From: an uncultured Fidelibacterota bacterium
Lineage (GTDB): Bacteria; Fidelibacterota; Marinisomatia; Marinisomatales; Marinisomataceae
Length of the DNA: 45,964 nucleotides
Assembly: GCA_902624575.1 (NCBI GenBank)
Contig: CACNXV010000004.1
Span: 1 to 45,964 of the forward strand
Direction of reading: 5' to 3'
The position numbers were made by a program, and so were the translations under genes. Shown piece after piece: positions 11,439 through 20,252 of the stretch (position 1 is its first letter; every line of letters starts with the position of its first letter). The notes below the pieces were generated by a model. It saw only the letters and a program-made list of their open reading frames with translations. It searched no databases and was not told where the DNA came from.

Positions 11439-11443
11439 GGATG

Positions 11444-11520
11444 AGTCTAAAATTAGATTATTGTAAGCAAATACAAGCAAATCGAAAAGGCTCTGGGGTT
11501 GGCGCTGCAGAGCCTTTTTT
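11444..11520 (+). ncRNA. Candidate small non-coding RNA (~77 nt), family not recognised
   Basis: Putative promoter, 5' hairpin AGTCTA-AAAT-TAGATT, two AAGCAAAT repeats and a strong intrinsic terminator. No credible ORF inside the unit. Confidence 0.5.
11485..11520 (+). terminator. Rho-independent terminator
   Basis: AAAAGGCTCTG-GGGTTGGCGCTG-CAGAGCCTTTTTT: a GC-rich stem followed by a U tract. Confidence 0.8.
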
Positions 11521-11561
11521 GTTTATAGAATTTGTTGTATCTTCTCTAATATTTGAAAATT

Positions 11562-11905
11562 GGGGGCGACCGGTTTCGACATTTTAGAATGAAATCTTAG
11601 GTTGCATGTAGAGCTTAGTAACTCTTTAAACTTCTTACCTGTATTAAGTGCCGATAATGGCCAAATGGCTTTCGCTTAATTGCTAAAGTCCATCACCAGT
11701 AGACGTTTCTCATCGTTCGCTGATTGATGTCATAAAAATGAGATAGCTTATTTTTCTGCTTCGGTTAAATGAGCGAAATTTAGAAGATTGCTATGTATCT
11801 GTTTGTTCTTGTACAGCTGCTTAGTGAAACTCGATCAAGATACTAAACATGTAGATATCTATTATTCCACTATTTTGGACGGGAGTTCGAATCTCCCCGC
11901 CTCCA
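11562..11905 (+). ncRNA. ssrA: tmRNA; tag ORF 11650-11679 encodes (A)ADNGQMAFA*
   Basis: 5' end GGGGGCGACCGGTTTCGAC; 3' end GGACGGGAGTTCGAATCTCCCCGCCTCCA, with G3.U70 alanine identity and a T arm. Resume context TAAGT-GCC. CCA not encoded. Confidence 0.96.
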
Positions 11906-11912
11906 CTTAATA

Positions 11913-12620
11913 TCAAATTTGATCAGGGTAATCTGAAATAACTCCATCTACATTTAACTTTCGCATAAAATTAATATCATCTTTGTTGTTAACAGTCCAA
12001 GTATAAATTTTAAATCCATTTTTTTTAATTTTTTCAACCGTCCCTTCATTTAACATTCTATAATCAGGGTGTATAGACTGTGCTTTAATAGTTTTACCAA
12101 ATTGAATAGCTTCGTTAATGTTTCTAAATCTATCTAAAAGAATTCCAACCGCAATATTGGTATTAATTAATCTAAATTTTTTTAATTCATCCCAATTAAA
12201 ACTTGAAACAATAAAATTTTCTTTTTTCCATAAAGTTCTTCCAGAAAAATCTTCAATAATTTTTGATGTAGATTCTGCTGCACCTGAACCTTTAAGTTCT
12301 ATATTTATCAAAAGTGGATTTTTAATTTTTTCTAAAACATCCTTTAAAGTTGGGATTTTATATTTTCCTAAAACCAGATATTTTTCAAGATCATTGATCG
12401 TTAAATCTTCTATTTTACCAGATCTTCCTGTTAGTTTTTTAAGATTTTTATCGTGAAATAATACTAACTCACCACTTAAACATTTAAAAACATCGATTTC
12501 AACTCCATCAACATTTAATTCTACTGCCATATTTATAGATTCAAGTGTATTCTCAGCAATATATCCTTTTGCTCCTCGATGGCCAATACTTAAGATTTTA
12601 CGTTCTGAAAATGAAGTCAT
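11913..12620 (-). CDS. Glycerophosphodiester phosphodiesterase family protein
   Basis: Motifs: GHRGA, ENTL, EIDV, FHD..L.., IPTL, NIELKG, SSFN, WTVN, DGVISDYPD. Confidence 0.95.
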   Translation of the reverse strand: MTSFSERKILSIGHRGAKGYIAENTLESINMAVELNVDGVEIDVFKCLSGELVLFHDKNLKKLTGRSGKIEDLTINDLEKYLVLGKYKIPTLKDVLEKIKNPLLINIELKGSGAAESTSKIIEDFSGRTLWKKENFIVSSFNWDELKKFRLINTNIAVGILLDRFRNINEAIQFGKTIKAQSIHPDYRMLNEGTVEKIKKNGFKIYTWTVNNKDDINFMRKLNVDGVISDYPDQI

Positions 12621-12676
12621 AATTATTAAAGATAAAAAAATTGATAAGAATAAAGAAATTTTTAAATAACACTGGG

Positions 12677-13903
12677 TTAATTTTTATTTTTTATTTCAGA
12701 TGCTGCACGCAATCCAGAAAATAAGGCGCCCTGCATCCAACCTCGATCATTGGATGAATGTTCTCCAGCAAAATGGATTCGACCTTCGACCTGCGAGATA
12801 CTTTCATTTAAATTTTCATTTTGAGAGCTTGTAGGGGACGCCCATGCACCTTTTGACCATTCATCAGTAGACCAAGATTTTGATATTCCTTTATCAAAGT
12901 TATTTGATGATCCTTCAAAAATGTTTTCCCATCTACTAAGAACTGCATTATTACGCTGACTGTCATTTAAGATATCCATGTCTTCAGCAGCAGTCCATCT
13001 CAAATAAGACATCAAAATACCTGTATCACCTGACATATCCCATGATGGTTGCCAAATTTCTTCAGGGTGATCAGTGTTACCCCACCCATTTAGAGACTCA
13101 TTCTCCCAAAATCTATTTTTAAATTGAAGATATATTCTTGTTGCTGGAGCATATCTAAATCCACCATTCATTGCAGTTTGTTTTCCAGCTGATAATGATG
13201 GAGAAAAGTTTATTTTATTTAAAACAGGTAGGGGAACAGTACACAGAACTCTATCAGCTTGAAATTGACTTGAACCTGTGTCAACAGTTACATTTTCATC
13301 ATTTTGAGTTATTGATGTAACAGGGCTATTTAAAAATATTTTATTAGAAAGTTCGTTTGAGCTAGCAAAAGCATTTGTAAGCTGATCTGAACCACCACGA
13401 ATTTTAAGATAATCTTTTCTTAAGGCAGAACCGTAAGATGTGTTGAGATAAGTATTATTGTCAATTACCGTTCTATTTCCATTAGTAAAATTTACGTAGC
13501 CTCCACTTGTAGCATAAAAAGGATCTAGTATTAAATTAAAGTGATTTGCATAAGCAATAGTTAGATCGTGGTCAGGCTTTATTCTTGCAGCCCCTCCTTC
13601 AACATAATGATTATTAGAAAAGGGCGATCTTATTGTTAAAACGCGACCTCCAATTCTATTTCTTGCTTCCAGAATTTTTACGTCATAACCTGCAATTGAT
13701 AAATCATATCCTGCTACTAATCCTGATATTCCTGCTCCAATAATAATAACTCTATTATTTTCGTTATTGCCTGCTTCACCATCTGGATCCGTTGAATTTG
13801 TACTATCTAACATATCGTTATCTTCGCATGATATGATATAGGATGCACCTAAGGATAGTAAAATACTTTTTTTAATAAATTTTCGTCTGGAAAAATCAGA
13901 CAT
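12677..13903 (-). CDS. Flavin monoamine oxidase / L-amino-acid-oxidase-like flavoprotein with Tat-lipoprotein signal
   Basis: Tat motif SRRKFIK and lipobox-like IISC. FAD motifs: GAGISG, EARNRIGGR, EGGAARI, IRGGSDQL, FAGEH..GWMQGALFSG. Confidence 0.88.
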   Translation of the reverse strand: MSDFSRRKFIKKSILLSLGASYIISCEDNDMLDSTNSTDPDGEAGNNENNRVIIIGAGISGLVAGYDLSIAGYDVKILEARNRIGGRVLTIRSPFSNNHYVEGGAARIKPDHDLTIAYANHFNLILDPFYATSGGYVNFTNGNRTVIDNNTYLNTSYGSALRKDYLKIRGGSDQLTNAFASSNELSNKIFLNSPVTSITQNDENVTVDTGSSQFQADRVLCTVPLPVLNKINFSPSLSAGKQTAMNGGFRYAPATRIYLQFKNRFWENESLNGWGNTDHPEEIWQPSWDMSGDTGILMSYLRWTAAEDMDILNDSQRNNAVLSRWENIFEGSSNNFDKGISKSWSTDEWSKGAWASPTSSQNENLNESISQVEGRIHFAGEHSSNDRGWMQGALFSGLRAASEIKNKN

Positions 13904-13905
13904 TT

Positions 13906-15528
13906 TTACATTCTTTCAGGGGCACTTATTCCGAGAATTGATAAACCATTTTTTAAAATGATTTTTGTGGCTTCGCATAATTTTTTTCTAGCAAAAGATA
14001 AATTGAGATCTTCCAAATTTATAACTTTGTGATTACCATAAAATTTATGATATGCTCCAGCAACATCTTCTAAATAAGTTGCTATTTTTCTAGGTTCAAG
14101 AGAATGTGAAACTTCTTCCATTTTATTTGGAAATTCTGATAATAGTTTGATTAAGGCAATCTCGTCTTTTTCTTTTAAAAGTGTATAATCAATTTCTTCA
14201 TCACCAGAAATTTCTTTATCATACCTCTTCAGTAAATTTGAAATTCTTGCATTAGCATATTGTAAGTAATAAACAGGGTTTTTTTCAGATTCATCTTTTG
14301 CTAAATCTAAATCAAAATCTAGATGGCTATTTGCACCTCTCATGATAAAGAAATATCTAATTATATCCGAGCTCAGCTCATCATTAAGCTCATCTAAAGT
14401 TATAAAGTTTGCCTTTCTTGTCGACATTTTTACTATCTCTCCACCTTTTTTAATTGTCACGAATTGGTGAATTATGACTTTAATGTGATCAGTTTTTTTA
14501 TCAAGGCATTTTAGCCCCAATATTACATCAGGGTATGTATCAATATGGTCCGCGCCAAAAATATCGACTATTAAATCAAAACCTCTATCAACTTTATCTG
14601 CATGATAAGCTATATCTGGCAACCTATATGTTGGTTCGCCAGTGCTTTTTACTAAAACTTTATCTTCATCCTTATCTAAGCTTGAAGTCTTAAACCATAC
14701 AGCACCATCTTTTTCATACGAAAGATCTTTTTCTTTTAATATTTCAAGAACATTTTTAATAGCACCATTTTTATAAAAAGTTCCTTCTTTAGTAAAAACA
14801 TCAAATTTGATACCAATACTATCAAGAGTACTTTCTATATTTGTGAAAATTTCTTTCTCTGTGAAATCTCTAAAAACAGAATTATTATCTTTTAAGTCCT
14901 TACCATATCTATCAACAATTTTTTTTGCGATTTCATCTAAATATTTTCCTACGTATCCATTTTCAGGTATTTCAACATCTCTACCAATCAGTTGTGCGTA
15001 TTTAGCATAGCATGATTCTGCCAATACCCTCATTTGTTTTCCAGCGTCGTTGTAGTAATATTCTCTTGTCACATCATATCCATTCCACGTTAATATATTC
15101 GAAACCATATCTCCAAGAATTGCTTGTCTTCCGTGCCCAACTGTTAAAGGGCCAGTAGGATTACTACTTACAAACTCTACATTGGCTGATTTATTCAATT
15201 TTTTCTTTTTACCAAAATTTTCTGCTTCATTAATAATTTGATCTAAAATTTCTTGGTAATAAATATCAGAGATATGAAAATTGACAAAGCCGGGTAGAGA
15301 TGCGCTTATAGTAAAAATATTTTTTGTTGTATTTTGGTGATCGGCAATTTTTTTTGCTATTTCAATTGGAGATTTTTTTAATATTTTTGCTAGTTTAAGC
15401 GCAATATTAGATGAATAGTCTCCATAACCCTCTTTATTATTAACACTTATATTCCAATCTCTAAACTCAATTTTCTCTTTATTAAGAAAATCCTGTAAAA
15501 AATTGTTCATAAGCTGCTTAAGCTTCAT
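13906..15528 (-). CDS. argS: Arginine--tRNA ligase
   Basis: Motifs: GDYSSN.A, EFVSSNPTGPLTVGHGR, YYYNDAG, DIAYH, GADH, KMSTR, NPVYYLQYA, C-terminal APERM. Confidence 0.98.
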   Translation of the reverse strand: MKLKQLMNNFLQDFLNKEKIEFRDWNISVNNKEGYGDYSSNIALKLAKILKKSPIEIAKKIADHQNTTKNIFTISASLPGFVNFHISDIYYQEILDQIINEAENFGKKKKLNKSANVEFVSSNPTGPLTVGHGRQAILGDMVSNILTWNGYDVTREYYYNDAGKQMRVLAESCYAKYAQLIGRDVEIPENGYVGKYLDEIAKKIVDRYGKDLKDNNSVFRDFTEKEIFTNIESTLDSIGIKFDVFTKEGTFYKNGAIKNVLEILKEKDLSYEKDGAVWFKTSSLDKDEDKVLVKSTGEPTYRLPDIAYHADKVDRGFDLIVDIFGADHIDTYPDVILGLKCLDKKTDHIKVIIHQFVTIKKGGEIVKMSTRKANFITLDELNDELSSDIIRYFFIMRGANSHLDFDLDLAKDESEKNPVYYLQYANARISNLLKRYDKEISGDEEIDYTLLKEKDEIALIKLLSEFPNKMEEVSHSLEPRKIATYLEDVAGAYHKFYGNHKVINLEDLNLSFARKKLCEATKIILKNGLSILGISAPERM

Positions 15529-15854
15529 ACTTTGATCACCTTTGCATCAAACCAAATCTTTTCTAAATCATAATAATGACGGGTTTCCTCAAAAAAAATA
15601 TGAACCACTATATCAACATAGTCTAGTATAATCCAAGTTCCATTCTCATATCCTTCTGTCCTCCACGGATTTTCTTCAATATTATCTTTGATGTTATCTG
15701 CTATCGCTTTTACTTGGATTAAATTTTTTGCTGAACAGATAACAAAAAATTCTGATAAGGATGTAATTTTCGAAACGTTCATAGCAACTATATTTTCTGC
15801 TTTTTTATCTTCTGCAAGAGATATAATTTTATTGAGTATTTTTTTAGAGCTCAT
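15525..15854 (-). CDS. rsfS: Ribosome silencing factor RsfS (iojap family)
   Basis: Motifs: DKKAENI, FVICS, QVKAIAD, EG....WIILDY.DIVVHIF, R.YYDLEKIW. Confidence 0.96.
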   Translation of the reverse strand: MSSKKILNKIISLAEDKKAENIVAMNVSKITSLSEFFVICSAKNLIQVKAIADNIKDNIEENPWRTEGYENGTWIILDYVDIVVHIFFEETRHYYDLEKIWFDAKVIKV

Positions 15855-16327
15855 TTATTCAAGTTTAGAAAGTCTTGGTAGTCTTTACCAATAATTATTT
15901 GAATATCTTCAGATGGACTAATTCTAGTATCAAACTGTACATTACCAGCATTTATATTTGTTCCAAGTAATGTTAGTAGATTATCGATTTCATTATTTTT
16001 TTCTGTAAGTATAACAATTGTTGTCATATCATAATTAAAATTATCAGCATTTTCGATTCGAGAAATTTTCAGACCATAATTTTTCGATAATAAATTTCCA
16101 AAAGAATTTCCAACACCACTAACACCACAACCGTTTAATACAGCAACTCTGATGGCTTCAGAAGAGTAGTTTTCAAATAATTTAATTTTATTGTTTGATT
16201 CAGTTGGACTTATCTGATTTAAATTTCCTCTTGGTGATTCTTGTTTCAAATACAAATTAAATGACCAAGCAAATCCTAAAATGACAAAAATCAAAAAACC
16301 AATCACTATATTTAAAAAGTAATTCAA
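15851..16327 (-). CDS. LytR C-terminal domain-containing membrane-anchored protein
   Basis: N-terminal TM helix. Motifs: VAVLNGCGVSG, NADNFNY..T, DIQIIIGKDY. Sits next to rsfS. Confidence 0.8.
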   Translation of the reverse strand: MNYFLNIVIGFLIFVILGFAWSFNLYLKQESPRGNLNQISPTESNNKIKLFENYSSEAIRVAVLNGCGVSGVGNSFGNLLSKNYGLKISRIENADNFNYDMTTIVILTEKNNEIDNLLTLLGTNINAGNVQFDTRISPSEDIQIIIGKDYQDFLNLNK

Positions 16328-17049
16328 GATTCAAGCTCTTCTAGCTGATCAGCTGTGTTAACACCTATTACTTCGTCCGAATTTAAGATCTTAATAGCCT
16401 CAATTTTCATATTTGCTTGTTGTGCTAAAGCAATTGCATCAGTAAGATAGTATTCTTTTGACGCATTGTTCGTTTTAATATTATTTAAAAGTTTGAAAAT
16501 TTCTGGAATTTTAAAAATGTATATACCTGGATTCCATTCTTTAATTTTTTTCTCTTCATCATTACAATCTTTATCTTCAACTATTTTTAATAGGCTACCA
16601 TTTTCATCTCTAATAATTCGACCATATCCTGTTGGATCATTTATCTCTGCTGTAATTAAAGTTAGTCCTCGATTGTTTGTAATATGATCATGGATAATTG
16701 GTTTTAGTGTTGATGCTTTTATATTTGGAACATCCCCATAGAGAATTAATATATGACCTTTTTTGTTTGTTAATAATTCTTCAGTTTGTAAGACAGCATG
16801 CCCTGTTCCAAGCTGCTCCGTTTGAGTTACGTATTTGAGATTATTTCTATTATTCGTGTGTGAGATAACTTTATTCTTCTTGAATCCTACCACGAGAATT
16901 ATTTCTGTAGGATTTAAAGCTTCACTTTCATTGAGAACATAATCAATAAGAGATTTACCATGTAATTGGTGTAATACTTTTGGTAAATCGGAATTCATCC
17001 TAGTACCTTTTCCCGCTGCTAAAATAACAACTCTTAGTTCATTATCCAT
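16324..17049 (-). CDS. Sugar-phosphate nucleotidyltransferase corresponding to the GlmU uridyltransferase domain only
   Basis: Motifs: ILAAGKGTRM.S.LPKVLH, QLGTGHAV, YGDVP, PTGYGRIIR, IVE.KD, NNA..EYYLTD, GVN. The protein ends before the hexapeptide acetyltransferase domain. Confidence 0.9.
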   Translation of the reverse strand: MDNELRVVILAAGKGTRMNSDLPKVLHQLHGKSLIDYVLNESEALNPTEIILVVGFKKNKVISHTNNRNNLKYVTQTEQLGTGHAVLQTEELLTNKKGHILILYGDVPNIKASTLKPIIHDHITNNRGLTLITAEINDPTGYGRIIRDENGSLLKIVEDKDCNDEEKKIKEWNPGIYIFKIPEIFKLLNNIKTNNASKEYYLTDAIALAQQANMKIEAIKILNSDEVIGVNTADQLEELES

Positions 17050-18154
17050 TTATTTCTTCTCCTAAAAAGGGTACATTTCTCTTTCGAATTATTCCACCAC
17101 CAATGCACACATCATTTTTATCATACAACACAATAGATTGACCACATGTAATTGCTTTAATTTTATTATCAAATTTAACATAACATCCATTCTCATTTAA
17201 TGATAATATTTTACATGAATGATCAACATCACGATACCTAACTTTTGCATTACATTTTAATTGAAATATTTTGTCACTATCTATATTCCAAAACATATTA
17301 TCTGCTATTAGTTCATCTGAAAAAAGTGCTGGATGCTCAGATCCCTGAGCAACATATACAATATTTTTTTCTATATCTTTCTTGAAAACATACCAAGGTT
17401 TATCAAATGCAGAATTCTTAGCGCCAATTCCTAAACCCTTTCTTTGTCCAACGGTAAAATACATGTGCCCATTATGTATACCAATATTTTCTCCATCCAC
17501 ACTTATAATTTTACCTTTTTTTGATTTAAAGAATTGACCAACAAAATCATTATACTTTCTTTCTCCTATAAAGCATATTCCAGTACTGTCTTTTTTTTCA
17601 AATGTAGCTAATGAGTTTTCTTCAGCAATTTTTCTTACATCATCCTTGTTGATTTCGCCAAGCGGTAATTCTAGATTCTTAATAATTTCACCATCTAGCT
17701 GATAAAGAAAATATGATTGATCTTTGTTTTTGTCTTTAGCTTTCTTTATGAAGTATGAATTATTTTGTTTTACAACTCTTGCATAATGTCCAGACGCTAT
17801 CTTGTCCGCACCAATTTCTTTTGCATAGTTTCTAAAGACATCAAATTTGATTTCCCTATTACATAAAACATCCGGATTAGGAGTAAAACCTTCGACATGG
17901 TCTTGAATAAATTTATTGAATACTCTGTTTTTATATTCTTTTGTATAATTTATTTTTTTTAGTTTTATATCAAGAGCTTTACAAACAGAGCTTGCATCTG
18001 CAAAGTCATCTTCTGAATTACAGATAGCATGTTTATCATCCCAATTTTTCATAAAAATAGCATGAACATCATATCCTTTTTCTTTTAAAAGAAGTGCAGC
18101 GACAGAACTATCAACACCACCACTCATTCCTAAAACTATTTTTTCTTTTTTCAT
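17042..18154 (-). CDS. mnmA: tRNA-specific 2-thiouridylase MnmA
   Basis: Motifs: MSGGVDSS, MKNWD, TPNPDVLCNREIKF, SGHYAR, KDQSYFL, DSTGICFIG, TVGQRKGLG. Confidence 0.98.
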   Translation of the reverse strand: MKKEKIVLGMSGGVDSSVAALLLKEKGYDVHAIFMKNWDDKHAICNSEDDFADASSVCKALDIKLKKINYTKEYKNRVFNKFIQDHVEGFTPNPDVLCNREIKFDVFRNYAKEIGADKIASGHYARVVKQNNSYFIKKAKDKNKDQSYFLYQLDGEIIKNLELPLGEINKDDVRKIAEENSLATFEKKDSTGICFIGERKYNDFVGQFFKSKKGKIISVDGENIGIHNGHMYFTVGQRKGLGIGAKNSAFDKPWYVFKKDIEKNIVYVAQGSEHPALFSDELIADNMFWNIDSDKIFQLKCNAKVRYRDVDHSCKILSLNENGCYVKFDNKIKAITCGQSIVLYDKNDVCIGGGIIRKRNVPFLGEEING

Positions 18155-18187
18155 TTATTTTACATTGGTATCTTAATAAATAATTCT

Positions 18188-19093
18188 ATGAGTTCAAATC
18201 AATCACACAGTGCAATCATCTTCGGTTCAATAAGCATTGATCGTATAGAAAATATACATGGTTCTTTTAATAAAGTTCTTGGAGGTTCAGCCGCGTATGC
18301 GCTTTTGGCTAATCCAAAGAAAACCTGTGAATTAGTTGGGGTTGTAGGAAACGATTTTTCTGATAATCATTTTAAAATGCTTAATGATCATTCCATCTCA
18401 ACTGAAAGTTTGACGCAAATAAAAGGTAACACATTTTGCTGGGGTGGAAAATATGAAGATGATTTCTCAAGACGTAAAACCCTTTATGTTGATCCAGGAG
18501 TATCTGATTTATATATACCAAAACTTTCAGACAATTCTAAAAATTGCTCATATATCCTTCTCGGGAATACTGCACCTCATCTACAAATGAACCTATTGAA
18601 TCAAATGAATTCAAAGCCTTTTGTAATGTTGGATACATTTCAATTATATATTGATATAGCAAATAAAGAGCTTAAAGATCTAATAAAACTTACTGATTTA
18701 TTATGCATTAATTTTAACGAAGCAATATCTTTATCTGAATTAAATAGTCCAACAATTGATGAAATGGCCAAGAAAATTCTAGACTTGGGACCAAAAAACT
18801 TAATCATAAAAGATGGAGAAAATGGTTCTAGCTTTTTTAATGCTAAGGAGAAATTTTCAATAAAAGCCTACCCAATAAAAAAAGTTATAGATACTACTGG
18901 AGCAGGGGACTCTTATATAGGTGGAGTTTTACTTGGAATGTCTCGTGGTATGAATATTTTTGAATCAATGAAAATGGGAGCCGTTATGGCATCATTTTGT
19001 ATTGAAGGTATTGGAACTGAAGGCTTAGCGAATATAAATGAAGAAGATATTGCACTTAGAAAAGAGTGGATGGACAAAAACCATACTTCTTGA
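18188..19093 (+). CDS. PfkB family carbohydrate/nucleoside kinase
   Basis: Motifs: LGGSA, VGVVG.DF, TF.WGG.Y, IN..EA, IIKDGENGS, DTTGAGDSY.GG. Confidence 0.93.
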   Translation: MSSNQSHSAIIFGSISIDRIENIHGSFNKVLGGSAAYALLANPKKTCELVGVVGNDFSDNHFKMLNDHSISTESLTQIKGNTFCWGGKYEDDFSRRKTLYVDPGVSDLYIPKLSDNSKNCSYILLGNTAPHLQMNLLNQMNSKPFVMLDTFQLYIDIANKELKDLIKLTDLLCINFNEAISLSELNSPTIDEMAKKILDLGPKNLIIKDGENGSSFFNAKEKFSIKAYPIKKVIDTTGAGDSYIGGVLLGMSRGMNIFESMKMGAVMASFCIEGIGTEGLANINEEDIALRKEWMDKNHTS

Positions 19094-19118
19094 TAACTCA
19101 TTATAATAATACTAACTT
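19090..19118 (+). promoter_or_regulatory. Putative sigma70 promoter TTGATA-N17-TAACTT for the TPR gene
   Basis: Hexamers at 19090-19095 and 19113-19118; SD-like GGAG precedes ATG 19146. Confidence 0.5.
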
Positions 19119-19145
19119 GCTTAGCAAAACATGGGAGACAATTTT

Positions 19146-20252
19146 ATGAATTTTTTTAAGAATTTAACAGCAGCATTAATCTTTTCAACTTTTGTTTTTG
19201 CTGGACAAGATTTAGAGTCTGCAAAGATTAGACTTAAAGATAAAGAATGGGGAAAAGCAGAAGAGTATCTTCTTAAAGCGCTTGACCATCCTAAAGATAA
19301 ATGGGAAGCTGCATTCCATCTTGGTGATAAAATATACCCAAGAAAGCAAGATTGGATTTCGGTTAAAAAATATATGGATATAGCATCAACTGCTCCAAGT
19401 AATTTAAAGATTCGTCCTACAAGAAATGATAGAAAAATTGCTATTAGTCAAGCAATAACTGCATCCTTAACAAAAAGCTATAATCTTATATATTTTAAAG
19501 CTTCTGGATATTTACCTCTATTGAACAGGGCAGCATCAATAGAGCAAAGAGATGCTCTTGTGGAGCAAGCTATAAAAACATCTATGGACGCTAAAGATCT
19601 TGATCCAGCTCAACCAGGTGCATATGCTTTAGTAGCACTTTATTCATCCGTTAAAGGTGATAAAGAAGCGACGATTAAATATTTAGATATGGGTTTGGCA
19701 TTGGAAGATATTCCAACAGATACAAGAATTGCATTATTAGTGAGCGCAGGTCAAAGTGTTGTTCGTCTCGGAGAATATGATAAGGGTTTAGAATATTATG
19801 AACAAGCATTATCTATTGATCCCAATGAACCTACCGCATTAAAAAGTCTAGGAGCACTCTACTTAGCAAAAGATGATTTTGATTCAGCTTTGAAAAACCT
19901 AGATATGGCAATTGAAAAAACTGATGATGATAAAGAGCTTGTTGATTTATTTTTCAACAGAGGTTTAGTTTATTTAAAAATGGAAAATTTTGAAGAAGCA
20001 GAATATAACTTTGAAGAAGCATATTTCTTAGCTCCTGATGATGTAGAAGCATTATTAGGTTTAGCAAAAGCTCTAGAACAAGCTGAAAGATGGAGAAAAT
20101 CTAGGAACTACTATATGGAGTTAATTGATAAAGATCCTAGTGATTCACAATACTATTATGGTGTATACAGAACATATTTCGGCGAAGGTAGACTAGAAGA
20201 TGCTCAAGAATATTTACAAAAAGCAACCCAGTTGCGAAATAGCGGAAATTAA
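19146..20252 (+). CDS. Secreted tetratricopeptide-repeat protein
   Basis: Signal peptide ending VFA. Multiple TPR units (G.YDKGLEYYEQAL.IDP, LG.LY...D.A, FFNRG.VY). Alternative start at 19131. Confidence 0.85.
   Translation: MNFFKNLTAALIFSTFVFAGQDLESAKIRLKDKEWGKAEEYLLKALDHPKDKWEAAFHLGDKIYPRKQDWISVKKYMDIASTAPSNLKIRPTRNDRKIAISQAITASLTKSYNLIYFKASGYLPLLNRAASIEQRDALVEQAIKTSMDAKDLDPAQPGAYALVALYSSVKGDKEATIKYLDMGLALEDIPTDTRIALLVSAGQSVVRLGEYDKGLEYYEQALSIDPNEPTALKSLGALYLAKDDFDSALKNLDMAIEKTDDDKELVDLFFNRGLVYLKMENFEEAEYNFEEAYFLAPDDVEALLGLAKALEQAERWRKSRNYYMELIDKDPSDSQYYYGVYRTYFGEGRLEDAQEYLQKATQLRNSGN

Noticed and set aside
11218-11440. Glycine riboswitch upstream of gcvP
   Set aside because: No GGAGA/CAGG aptamer motifs; the space is occupied by the tRNA and AT tracts.
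11441-11587. 48-codon plus-strand ORF (MSLKLDYCKQ...)
   Set aside because: It crosses a strong terminator, runs into tmRNA, and starts upstream of the predicted +1 with no SD.
11880-13910. Active integrative element at the ssrA 3' end
   Set aside because: No integrase, no duplicated ssrA 3' fragment and no mobile genes seen.
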